Notes under the pieces: generated by a model
The model's database searches: none
What the model was told of the DNA's origin: nothing
What the model saw: the letters and a program-made list of their open reading frames with translations, nothing else
From: a virus
Taxonomy: Duplodnaviria > Caudoviricetes
DNA length: 59,385 nt
IMG/VR virus record: IMGVR_UViG_3300029309_000033
Coordinates: 1 to 59,385 of that record
Direction: 5' to 3' (one strand)
Shown: piece after piece, positions 15,785-23,810 of the stretch
Layout: every line of letters begins with the position of its first letter
How positions within the stretch are numbered: position 1 is the first letter of the stretch
Translations under genes and position numbers: made by a program

Positions 15785-16006
15785 TGATATTTAAACCCAG
15801 TATCAAGGGACATGATCAGTCCCCGTGCGTTTACGGGAGCTACTCCCAACGCAGCTAAACTAATCTCAGATCCATTGTCCCGCTACATGTACAGTCGCGA
15901 ACCCGTTACAATGGATCAGAGATCAGCTCTAGGGCAAACCAAGCAGGATAATGCTAAAATCCCTAGAGATGATCCTCAAATGAGGGGGTTATCCCCCCTT
16001 ATTTGA
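15785..16006. other. Array of consecutive hairpins (structured RNA or DNA element)
   Basis: GGGAC/GTCCC, TGCGTT..GGGAG/CTCCC.AACGCA, GATCCATTGT/ACAATGGATC, CTCTAGGG/CCCTAGAG, TCAAATGAGGGGG/CCCCCTTATTTGA. Confidence 0.6.
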
Positions 16007-16216
16007 ACCTTTTAAACCAGAAAGAGGGTCGTTCTTTTGTCCTAGTTCTTCTAATTTAACAATCTCGCCTTGTATATGCACTATCAGATCGCGTAGAACT
16101 GATATCTTTGCATAAATACTAGCCGTAGTGCTAACATCATTGAAAGACTTAGCCAATGTAAAAGCAAGATCGCTGTCCCTATTCTCTTTTTTGTTTTTAT
16201 TTATATCTGTATTCAT
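15989..16216 (-). CDS. Hypothetical protein
   Basis: 75 aa starting MNTDINK. Confidence 0.55.
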   Translation of the reverse strand: MNTDINKNKKENRDSDLAFTLAKSFNDVSTTASIYAKISVLRDLIVHIQGEIVKLEELGQKNDPLSGLKGSNKGG

Positions 16217-16302
16217 GTAATCCTTGTATCATTGACAATATAGGATTACAATATAATATTAATGAGTGCGACATTATTGTACAATTAAGGCAGATATCAC
16301 TT

Positions 16303-16980
16303 TTAAGCCTCATTTTGATAAAATTTACTAACTCTAGCTAAAAACATATGCTGATACTTGATAAATTCCTTACCTTTTACTTGAAACTTTTGGAAATATT
16401 TATCTGGGGTACACATTAGAATGACCCCTTGCGTGATTTCTGTATTATAGACATGATTATGCGCCATAGCATAGGCCCCTAGTTGCATGAAATAATCTTC
16501 AATCCATTCTTTACGCTTTGGTTTATTCGATTGCTTAAAATCTACGATACTATCCTCGTAATCATACACCCCTACAAGGTCTGTAGCGCCTGCATATAGG
16601 CCTGGATAGTATAATGTAACCTCAGACCCCCATATTTCAGACATATCACATAAACCCTTGTCTATGATCATTTGCGCCATGTCGCCTGCTACTTGTCCCT
16701 CGTCAGTTAGATCCATGTGTCCTTTACCTAAAATATATCTCTCTAAATGCAAGTGCATGTTAGTCCCTCTGCTTGCAGCAGTATTCTTGACACGCTCGGC
16801 TTCTACCGCACCCACTTTCGCCTTCCATCTATTAATCGATTCTTGTTTTTCTTTTGACTGTGTTGCCTGTAAAATGGTCGTTACACTCGGCAGCTTTTTA
16901 CCAGTTATCTCGTAGTGACGCTTACCTTCAATAGAAGTACGCATAGATGCAGGGTAATTAAATTGTTTATTCCATTTCAT
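16303..16980 (-). CDS. PD-(D/E)xK exonuclease
   Basis: LPSVTTIL, RGTNMH, YAGATD, IVDFK, QLGAY. Confidence 0.85.
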   Translation of the reverse strand: MKWNKQFNYPASMRTSIEGKRHYEITGKKLPSVTTILQATQSKEKQESINRWKAKVGAVEAERVKNTAASRGTNMHLHLERYILGKGHMDLTDEGQVAGDMAQMIIDKGLCDMSEIWGSEVTLYYPGLYAGATDLVGVYDYEDSIVDFKQSNKPKRKEWIEDYFMQLGAYAMAHNHVYNTEITQGVILMCTPDKYFQKFQVKGKEFIKYQHMFLARVSKFYQNEA

Positions 16981-17086
16981 CGTCTCTCTTTTCTAAATGA
17001 TTTACTATAAAAAGTATAATAACACTCGCCAGTAGTATTAAAAACATACCAAGCAAAAACATACCTAAACCATGAAAAAATGTCAT
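16967..17086 (-). CDS. 39-aa single-pass membrane protein (not in ORF track)
   Basis: MTFFHGLGMFLLGMFLILLASVIILFIVNHLEKRDDEME; ATGA overlap. Confidence 0.55.
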   Translation of the reverse strand: MTFFHGLGMFLLGMFLILLASVIILFIVNHLEKRDDEME

Positions 17087-17505
17087 TCTAAACTCATAGC
17101 TTGTTTATATTCTTCTAAACTTACAACCTTGTCATTCATTATCTCTAGCTTTGAAGAATAATGATCTATTATTTTTTGTATTTTATGTAATTTTACATGC
17201 GCATAAGGCCAAAGTAATCTTGCAACATAATAAGCCTCTCTATGTTGACAACGCCAACGCCATTGTTTTTTCCAACCAAGCGTATATTTAGTTTTATATC
17301 TCTTTGGATTTACTGTTCCAACTTTTAAAATTTCATGGATCCATTTTAAAATAGACTGGTCCGTCATGGATATCTCTAATCTTATGCTCCATGTCGGATA
17401 CGCTCTTTTATTATGTGGTCTCTTTCGATCATATTGTTTGTAAGATACACAACCCTCGCCATCAAATAGGCCTGCGATATAAGCCAAGTTAGTATCACTC
17501 GGCAT
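17083..17505 (-). CDS. Single-motif LAGLIDADG endonuclease-like protein
   Basis: LAYIAGLFDGEGCV. Confidence 0.8.
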   Translation of the reverse strand: MPSDTNLAYIAGLFDGEGCVSYKQYDRKRPHNKRAYPTWSIRLEISMTDQSILKWIHEILKVGTVNPKRYKTKYTLGWKKQWRWRCQHREAYYVARLLWPYAHVKLHKIQKIIDHYSSKLEIMNDKVVSLEEYKQAMSLE

Positions 17506-17617
17506 CAGGTTTCTCTATTCCACCATATATCCCCGCTCCTACATTAATTATGTCCGTTGCGCTGCAATGACTTAAGCAAAGGGTGATTATCAAAATACTC
17601 GTCAAATTCTTTATCAT
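17495..17617 (-). CDS. Possible 40-aa lipoprotein overlapping 17544-17741
   Basis: AAAGGAGA SD; MIKNLTSILIITLCLSHC resembles a lipoprotein signal. Confidence 0.4.
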   Translation of the reverse strand: MIKNLTSILIITLCLSHCSATDIINVGAGIYGGIEKPDAE

Positions 17618-17741
17618 GAACTTCTCCTTTAGAATTGCAAATAACACATTGCATGACTGTGTCATTTGCAGGATTTTGTGTTTTTTTAACCTTAACAAAT
17701 CCGTTACCCTTACAATTAGGACAGATTTTCTTTTGTGTCAT
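17544..17741 (-). CDS. DnaJ-type Zn-finger small protein
   Basis: CPNCKGNG and CVICNSKG. Confidence 0.75.
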   Translation of the reverse strand: MTQKKICPNCKGNGFVKVKKTQNPANDTVMQCVICNSKGEVHDKEFDEYFDNHPLLKSLQRNGHN

Positions 17742-17871
17742 CTTTCTTATTTACAGCTTTCTCTTGTTTTAATGATGCTAACATTGCAATAAGTTGTGCA
17801 ACCTCACCGTATGGTCTTCTATACATGTAGGCTATTAGCTCTTTTCTTTGTTCCTCTGTTAACTTAAACAT
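17716..17871 (-). CDS. 51-aa hypothetical protein (not in ORF track)
   Basis: MFKLTEEQRKELIAYMYRRPYGEVAQLI; AAGGAG SD, TAATG coupling. Confidence 0.65.
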   Translation of the reverse strand: MFKLTEEQRKELIAYMYRRPYGEVAQLIAMLASLKQEKAVNKKDDTKENLS

Positions 17872-18041
17872 TATTTCTCCTTCATTTTACCGTTAAGTCT
17901 TTTTGCTTTTTCATTAGCTATACATTCTACAGTTTTAGATATGGATAACTTAGTGTCGGGCAATAATGACTTAGACAACTTCTCTAGAATAGAGTATGTT
18001 TCATGTGTTAGTGAAACATTTTTATATTTGTTTTTATTCAT
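17871..18041 (-). CDS. 56-aa ribbon-helix-helix-like regulator (not in ORF track)
   Basis: KYKNVSLTHETYSILEKLSK...LSISKTVECIANE strand-helix-helix pattern; GAAAGGA SD; TTGACT-16-TATATT upstream. Confidence 0.6.
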   Translation of the reverse strand: MNKNKYKNVSLTHETYSILEKLSKSLLPDTKLSISKTVECIANEKAKRLNGKMKEK

Positions 18042-18096
18042 TTGTTTCCTTTCATATATTAATTGTGATAATATAGGAGATTAATTTAATAAGTCA

Positions 18097-18312
18097 ATGA
18101 CTAAATTCGTGCTGTTCATGTGGATCTGTAGTAGTGTAGCGCAACAATGTATACCAGGTGTATTACCGCAAACAGTTTTTGATACTTATAAAGAGTGTGC
18201 TGTGTTTGGCTATGATCATTCATCAAAAGTTTTAAACAACATGTCTGTTGAAGACATGGAAAAGTATAGAACCAGTATTATACTTCAATGTAGAGAAGAC
18301 GCTACAACTTAA
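18097..18312 (+). CDS. Small exported Cys-containing protein
   Basis: Hydrophobic N-terminus and four Cys. Confidence 0.6.
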   Translation: MTKFVLFMWICSSVAQQCIPGVLPQTVFDTYKECAVFGYDHSSKVLNNMSVEDMEKYRTSIILQCREDATT

Positions 18313-18518
18313 TAACATATGCAACCATACAGGTCGCCTGATCCGTCATTCATGACATGAACATTAACTGGGTAATCGTAATAAGTTGTTAGGTGTAATC
18401 TTAATATATCGCAAAGATCAAAACAATCTACCTCACTCAAAAGTTCTACGCCTGCCACCATTTCCTTTGTTACCGCCACTAGATGATATAGTCCATCGCT
18501 TAATAATATTAGATCCAT
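18309..18518 (-). CDS. Hypothetical protein
   Basis: 69-aa ORF. Confidence 0.6.
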   Translation of the reverse strand: MDLILLSDGLYHLVAVTKEMVAGVELLSEVDCFDLCDILRLHLTTYYDYPVNVHVMNDGSGDLYGCICY

Positions 18519-18618
18519 AAAGTTTGTATATGAGTTGATACCATTGTTTCTTATACTTCGGATTCTTCGTCTCGTTCCAAAGTCTTGCTGTTTCGTCTAT
18601 TTTGTTTTGTGTAGTCAT
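18433..18618 (-). CDS. Hypothetical protein
   Basis: MTTQNKIDETARLWNETKNPKYKKQWY; overlaps neighbours. Confidence 0.45.
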   Translation of the reverse strand: MTTQNKIDETARLWNETKNPKYKKQWYQLIYKLYGSNIIKRWTISSSGGNKGNGGRRRTFE

Positions 18619-18781
18619 TCTTTTTGTTACCTGCATCTATTATTTTTTTAAGGCCATGACCGATTAACTTTACATCAACACCGTAGGGTCGCCATTGTTT
18701 TTTCATAATATTAAGTTCAAGCACAAAATTACCCCATTGTTTTTGCGTGATACCTTCAACATTAAGAGTTATTTTTTTCAT
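18551..18781 (-). CDS. Hypothetical protein
   Basis: 76 aa, ATGA-coupled. Confidence 0.6.
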   Translation of the reverse strand: MKKITLNVEGITQKQWGNFVLELNIMKKQWRPYGVDVKLIGHGLKKIIDAGNKKNDYTKQNRRNSKTLERDEESEV

Positions 18782-18948
18782 TTTTTCTTCAATCGTTTCA
18801 TCTCCATATACATATCTTGCAGATCCATCACCTTACAATCTTCTATAAAATTTTTCAACTCAACCCGCATGGTGTTTCGTTCTTGGTGCATCTTGATTTT
18901 ATTTTTAAGTTGCACCTCATTTATTCTCCATTTAGTTTGATCTGTCAT
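18778..18948 (-). CDS. 56-aa hypothetical protein (not in ORF track)
   Basis: MTDQTKWRINEVQLKNKIKM fills the gap between neighbours exactly. Confidence 0.6.
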   Translation of the reverse strand: MTDQTKWRINEVQLKNKIKMHQERNTMRVELKNFIEDCKVMDLQDMYMEMKRLKKK

Positions 18949-19278
18949 TTATATATAAGTTGTGCTAGATGATGTTGCCATGTTAGGTGTATTTGCACTC
19001 GACCACCTGTTATTCTGGATCCTAGAATCTACATAATTAACTTCTGAAGCAGAAGGCTGTCTCTCATGAAGATATACAACCTTTCGTAACAAATCTACTT
19101 CTACCTTTAATTTAGAGGTCTCTAAATCTTTAAGTTTTTCTTCTAGTTTAGAAACTTTTTCTTTTTGAACCGATACTTCATCTGTTTCTTGATGCCACCA
19201 ACCCTCATATTTTTGTCTTTCTTTTGTCTCCTCAGCTAATTGTTTTTTTAGCTTTAGATATTCTTGTTTATATTTCAT
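18949..19278 (-). CDS. Coiled-coil hypothetical protein
   Basis: 109 aa; AAAAGGAG SD. Confidence 0.7.
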   Translation of the reverse strand: MKYKQEYLKLKKQLAEETKERQKYEGWWHQETDEVSVQKEKVSKLEEKLKDLETSKLKVEVDLLRKVVYLHERQPSASEVNYVDSRIQNNRWSSANTPNMATSSSTTYI

Positions 19279-19306
19279 ATTTCTCCTTTTATTGTTAATT
19301 TAAACA

Positions 19307-19328
19307 ATGGGGCCTTTGCAGGCCCCAT
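19307..19328 (-). terminator. Hairpin after the ParB-like gene
   Basis: ATGGGGCCT-TTGC-AGGCCCCAT. Confidence 0.65.
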
Positions 19329-19332
19329 CATG

Positions 19333-20235
19333 TTATGCTCCAATAGTTCGAATAACTTTTATTTTATTATTCTTACTCAAGCCTTTATTATAAGCCTCGA
19401 CTAGCTGTAAGTCCCAAGATTCTTGATTATTACAAGTTTTAAACATATCAACATTTTTTGACATTTGTTTAACACCAGTCATAACATTCCAAGATCCTGC
19501 TGAGTTAGGCGCAATCATATTTTGCGTTTTAACCCAAGCCATACAGAACTTACCATTAGATACTAGTAACGGAACTTTAGCTTTTATTTTTTTAAGTTGA
19601 CTACCGTATTTCTCGGCAGCGTGTAAGTTTTTAATTTTAAACTTACCTTCTTTAAAAGCTTTGTTAGAGTTACCACCACCATGATACACAAAATTACCTG
19701 ACAATAAATTTATACTGACAGAAAAATTTAAACTGTAATCATCAAAGAATTTTTTAACCTTTCGGTATTCTTGATGATTTTTATGATTCTTATGACTAAA
19801 ACATTTCAAATAATCTCTGTTCTTCCAAGACTTTTGATTATTATTCATAAGAATTGTATCTTGTATACTAGCACCATCTGATATTATGTATAAAACAGGA
19901 ATATCTAATAGGATACACGCTTTTACTCTATGCTGTCCCTCACATATTTCCCATTTTTCGTTAATAACGATAGGTTGCAACTGGCCATTCTTTTTGATAG
20001 ACTCAGCTAGACGCTTTACATCACCGTCATCTGTGTCCCGATTATCTTCCAAAAATTTTAGTTTATCCCAATCTTTGGTTAATCGGACACTAGATAAAGT
20101 TTGCTGATCTTTATAGGTGTTAAACTTTACATCATGACCCAAAAATTTAGCCTTTGTTGATCCTATCATAAAAGGCGGCAAAGTTAGGTCTTTCGGTTTA
20201 ACACTTATATTTAGCTTTCGCTTTTTCTTAGACAT
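19333..20235 (-). CDS. ParB/Srx N-terminal-domain protein
   Basis: NRDTD...LAESIKKNGQLQPIVIN...ICEGQHRVKAC. Confidence 0.8.
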   Translation of the reverse strand: MSKKKRKLNISVKPKDLTLPPFMIGSTKAKFLGHDVKFNTYKDQQTLSSVRLTKDWDKLKFLEDNRDTDDGDVKRLAESIKKNGQLQPIVINEKWEICEGQHRVKACILLDIPVLYIISDGASIQDTILMNNNQKSWKNRDYLKCFSHKNHKNHQEYRKVKKFFDDYSLNFSVSINLLSGNFVYHGGGNSNKAFKEGKFKIKNLHAAEKYGSQLKKIKAKVPLLVSNGKFCMAWVKTQNMIAPNSAGSWNVMTGVKQMSKNVDMFKTCNNQESWDLQLVEAYNKGLSKNNKIKVIRTIGA

Positions 20236-20326
20236 ATATTCTCCTTTCTACACAGCTTAGTTTAGAAAGGCTTATGAAGTCGCCATGTGATACTTTCATA
20301 ATTTCTTTTTTTATATCTGTATTCAT
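20228..20326 (-). CDS. Possible 32-aa leaderless upstream ORF of the ParB-like gene
   Basis: MNTDIKKEIMKVSHGDF begins 7 nt after TTGACA-17-TACATG; its stop overlaps the ParB-like start. Confidence 0.35.
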   Translation of the reverse strand: MNTDIKKEIMKVSHGDFISLSKLSCVERRIYV

Positions 20327-20362
20327 GTAATTACATGTAATGCTTTTACATGTAATTGTCAA
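20324..20362 (-). promoter_or_regulatory. Promoter containing tandem TTACATGTAA palindromes
   Basis: TTGACA (20362-20357)-17-TACATG; palindromes at 20331 and 20346. Confidence 0.65.
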
Positions 20363-20383
20363 TAGGATAATATATTATTTTAA

Positions 20384-20518
20384 CTATTGTTTACGACCCT
20401 GACGATTGTATTTTTTATGTGATCTTTTAGCGTGTTTATTGAGTTTTTTTGCGTGTCTTCTAGGTCTTTTACGAGGCTTTGGTCTTGGTGTAAAGTTTAT
20501 AAACTTACGCTTTGCCAT
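20384..20518 (-). CDS. 44-aa very basic protein (not in ORF track)
   Basis: MAKRKFINFTPRPKPRKRPRRHAKKLNKHAKRSHKKYNRQGRKQ. Confidence 0.7.
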   Translation of the reverse strand: MAKRKFINFTPRPKPRKRPRRHAKKLNKHAKRSHKKYNRQGRKQ

Positions 20519-20720
20519 GAGTTTTTAAGTATTCCTGCTCATCAGGGGTTAGTTGTATATATCTTATTTTTCCATTTATATATTGTTTGGTATCTGCACC
20601 ACAATTTGTGCATCTATAAAACTCTGATACTATCGCCACTAATATAGAGTCTTCCTCACAATGATGACAATGCCCTGTGACTGTATCTATGTTATGAAAA
20701 TTAAAAGTTAATTTTTTCAC
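20505..20720 (-). CDS. Zn-ribbon protein
   Basis: CHHC...CTNC. Confidence 0.7.
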   Translation of the reverse strand: MKKLTFNFHNIDTVTGHCHHCEEDSILVAIVSEFYRCTNCGADTKQYINGKIRYIQLTPDEQEYLKTHGKA

Positions 20721-21193
20721 ACTAGATCCGTTGCTTTGCCTAACACAGGCTTGTATTTTGTCTTACCCTCAGATTTATATGCGTGTAAAAAAGATGCACG
20801 CCTACCTTCAGGTATCCAAGAACAATGAATCCATCCAGAGTTGGGTTCACCTAGAGTATAAAACTCGAGGATGAGCTGATCTGGCTCGAGGTTTGCTTTT
20901 ATCCAATCAAAAAGTTCAGCGTTGTCTGTGCCCATGCATTCGAAGTCTGCGGCTTCAGCTTTGGCATGCTGTGAATTTACAGAACTACCAATAGCAGTGC
21001 ATAATTCTACGCTACGAAAGCCGCTTGTTACTTTAACCCTGCCAAAATGATCACGAACTGGTTGTAAAATATTTTCGCATAAAGCTTTTAATTTTTCTAT
21101 TTGATCTGCATTAGGGTTGTTATCAATATCCATACGGATAGCCGTGTCTGATTTGGTAAGCTCTTGCAAGCTAAAATTTCGTGAAAGATTCAT
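20717..21193 (-). CDS. Peptidase M15, probable endolysin
   Basis: LSRNFSLQEL, VTSGFRS, SQHAKAEAAD, WIHCS. Confidence 0.85.
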   Translation of the reverse strand: MNLSRNFSLQELTKSDTAIRMDIDNNPNADQIEKLKALCENILQPVRDHFGRVKVTSGFRSVELCTAIGSSVNSQHAKAEAADFECMGTDNAELFDWIKANLEPDQLILEFYTLGEPNSGWIHCSWIPEGRRASFLHAYKSEGKTKYKPVLGKATDLV

Positions 21194-21534
21194 TAATTTG
21201 CTAATGGATTTGTGCTTTTAACTTTTAACTCTTCTATTTGTGTTTGTAATAATTGTATTTCTTTTTCATTTACTAAAGTTTTTGTATGTGAGTGTTCAAC
21301 TGGGTGTTCGTGTTCTTGTAGTTTATGTGAATGAGATGTATCAATATTTTCTAACGCACTAACTTTTTCCTCTAACACAGCTATCTCTGCTGACCAATCC
21401 TTACCACCAGATGATTCTTCTAGCGCATCTAATTTAGTTACAATCTCTCCATACTTAACAAAACCACCACCGATTGCAACTATGGCTGCAATCAAAGCTG
21501 CTATTCCTGCGAGTTGATCTTTAAGTTTGCCCAT
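21193..21534 (-). CDS. Membrane-anchored coiled-coil protein
   Basis: N-terminal TM helix, His-rich insert, ends STNPLAN. Confidence 0.7.
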   Translation of the reverse strand: MGKLKDQLAGIAALIAAIVAIGGGFVKYGEIVTKLDALEESSGGKDWSAEIAVLEEKVSALENIDTSHSHKLQEHEHPVEHSHTKTLVNEKEIQLLQTQIEELKVKSTNPLAN

Positions 21535-23236
21535 TTTTTAATATCTCCAATTCATTCAAAAGCCGTTGCTTCTTAAGATTTATCTCCTCAAGTTTTCTCG
21601 CTTTGATTTCAATCTTATCATTTTGAGTATAACTTGCAAGACTCTTATCAGAATAAATAAGTCTATTATCTATTATGTTTAATTGATCTATGTATATATC
21701 TTTTGGTTTATAAAACTGCGTATTTGCATACGCATTTAACGATGCTTGATCGCTTGCCATTATCTCTAATTTAATAATATTTTTTATTTGTAAATTTTTT
21801 GAAATACTTTTAATATCCTTGTCGACTTTCGCCATTATCTTTTCAACATTTATAAGCTTTGACTGTGACGTAACATTTGTTGTTTTTGTTTTCGACTGTA
21901 CCTTTTCTTGTTTGGCAACTTCTTTTGTCTGAACAGAAGACTTCTTAGTAGTCTTGCTATCGGGTTTTTCTTCTTTAATTTTTTCTTCATTTGACTCTTC
22001 TACCATTTGTTCAGATTCTTCTTCAATAATTTCTTTCTCTTCTTTTACCTCTTCTTTTGGTGCAGCCATCATGCTTTTTGGCTCTTCTTCAATAACTTCT
22101 TCCATCATAGGTTTTTCCTCAGTCATTTCCTCTTCTTTCATAGGCATTTCTTTTTCTTGCGGTGGTGGCATTGGTAAAAAATTTGTAATTAACTCTTCTG
22201 TTTCTTCATATATCTCTTCTTCCGCAGGGTCAGACATGGTTAAAAAAGACGGTTTCATGTCTTTTTCCATTGGTATTTCATCCATCTCCATAGTCATCTC
22301 TTGTTCCATTGGCATATCTTCTATTATCATTAACATTGGTTCAAAAGACATATCCTCAAAACCCTCTGTCATAATTTCTTCCATGGGTGGTGGTTCACCA
22401 AAAAATGTTATCATTTCTTCGAACAATTCTTCTATTTCACCAAAAGAAAAATCTTCAAAAACCTCTTCTTGTAATTCTTCAAATATATCTCCTATCTCTT
22501 GCACTATATTGTCAGCTATAGTTGTGTCATCGTAAGTCATTGTGAGTTTAGCACCAAGCAAATTAGGGCCACCTCTTTGTGCCGTACCTGTGTTGTTATC
22601 TGTGCCACTCCAAGACCAATCAAACTTATTAGATCCGTGACCATTATAAATCACCTGATCATTATACTGACCACAACCTGCGGTCTGGCCACCTGATGAA
22701 CTTGTTGGATAACCATTACAGTTTCCTTGAAACCCTGCTATGTTTGTTCTTGTTTGTGTTGTCGTGGATAAAATATTACCAGATGAGTCTTTTAAATTTA
22801 TCGTAATCGTATGCGAGTCCGTTGCTCCACTCTTACCCTCACAGTTACCTGCTTGATTATCACAGTTTGCAACATCGATGTAGCTATCAAGAGTTACACC
22901 ATTGTCTAACATCTGTTGAGTTATATTGTTATTTGTTAAATTAACATCAGTTACAGAAAGAGTCGATGTTCCAGTAACTTCAAAGTCACCACCAACACTA
23001 TATTTGTATCCACAGTTAGCTTGAGATTCAGCACATGTTACATCAAACCCGTTCACCGTGGAACCGTTGGACACAGTCCCAGAACCACCGGGATTAATTT
23101 GATCTGTTGAATTAGATCCCCAGTCCACACCATCGTTTGCATTTGGAAGTAAGTTGCCTGTTGTAATTACATCAGCTTTTGCAACTGCATACAACATTAA
23201 AAGAAATATAATAAAAAGACCTACAAACCATCTCAT
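21521..23236 (-). CDS. Large exported protein with acidic linker
   Basis: Signal peptide ending AKA, Cys-containing N-domain, Glu/Met/Pro-rich middle, basic C-terminus. Confidence 0.75.
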   Translation of the reverse strand: MRWFVGLFIIFLLMLYAVAKADVITTGNLLPNANDGVDWGSNSTDQINPGGSGTVSNGSTVNGFDVTCAESQANCGYKYSVGGDFEVTGTSTLSVTDVNLTNNNITQQMLDNGVTLDSYIDVANCDNQAGNCEGKSGATDSHTITINLKDSSGNILSTTTQTRTNIAGFQGNCNGYPTSSSGGQTAGCGQYNDQVIYNGHGSNKFDWSWSGTDNNTGTAQRGGPNLLGAKLTMTYDDTTIADNIVQEIGDIFEELQEEVFEDFSFGEIEELFEEMITFFGEPPPMEEIMTEGFEDMSFEPMLMIIEDMPMEQEMTMEMDEIPMEKDMKPSFLTMSDPAEEEIYEETEELITNFLPMPPPQEKEMPMKEEEMTEEKPMMEEVIEEEPKSMMAAPKEEVKEEKEIIEEESEQMVEESNEEKIKEEKPDSKTTKKSSVQTKEVAKQEKVQSKTKTTNVTSQSKLINVEKIMAKVDKDIKSISKNLQIKNIIKLEIMASDQASLNAYANTQFYKPKDIYIDQLNIIDNRLIYSDKSLASYTQNDKIEIKARKLEEINLKKQRLLNELEILKNGQT

Positions 23237-23451
23237 TCTAATATAAGTTTTTTAATTGATAAAGATCCATCAATATTTGTTTCTAACTCTGCCATAGATT
23301 TTATACATTGATATTTTATGTTACCACCAACTTTTAAACCACGTTTTGCTAGACGAGCCCCTTTGAGACACTCAGACATTGAAGTCTGGATACGTGCTTC
23401 CTTAATCTCTCCGTTTATTATCATAAGTAAGGCTACTACCATTTCTGTCAT
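23233..23451 (-). CDS. Hypothetical protein
   Basis: 72 aa, two Cys, coupled to both neighbours. Confidence 0.7.
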   Translation of the reverse strand: MTEMVVALLMIINGEIKEARIQTSMSECLKGARLAKRGLKVGGNIKYQCIKSMAELETNIDGSLSIKKLILE

Positions 23452-23810
23452 TAGTGGCTTCCGTTTGCTCTAACTTTATCTTTTAATGCTTCTACATCAG
23501 ATAATAGTTTTTCTAATTGTTTTTGGGTAAATTCTATGTTGACTTTGTTGGTCATGTTTTGCTCTTGATTTTTTTGTAATTTTTCTACGTCAGAAAAAAG
23601 TGCCTCTAGAAGCATGTATTGCTCTTGATCGGTCGGTAACTGCTCTGACTTCTTTAAGAGATCAGCCTGAAACAACTCTCTTGATGTTTCTAACGAGGTA
23701 AGTCTAGCTGTTAAATCTGACCATGCGAGCACGCCAATAATAACGCCCCCGATGATCGCCAACATGTTCTTAATTGGCATCGACAGGCTTGTGTTCTCAT
23801 TGATTTTCAT
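23451..23810 (-). CDS. Membrane-anchored coiled-coil protein
   Basis: TM segment MLAIIGGVIIGVLAW followed by heptads. Confidence 0.7.
   Translation of the reverse strand: MKINENTSLSMPIKNMLAIIGGVIIGVLAWSDLTARLTSLETSRELFQADLLKKSEQLPTDQEQYMLLEALFSDVEKLQKNQEQNMTNKVNIEFTQKQLEKLLSDVEALKDKVRANGSH

Noticed and set aside
15812-16006. 64-aa plus-strand ORF
   Set aside because: Lies wholly within the hairpin array; better explained as a chance ORF in GC-richer DNA.
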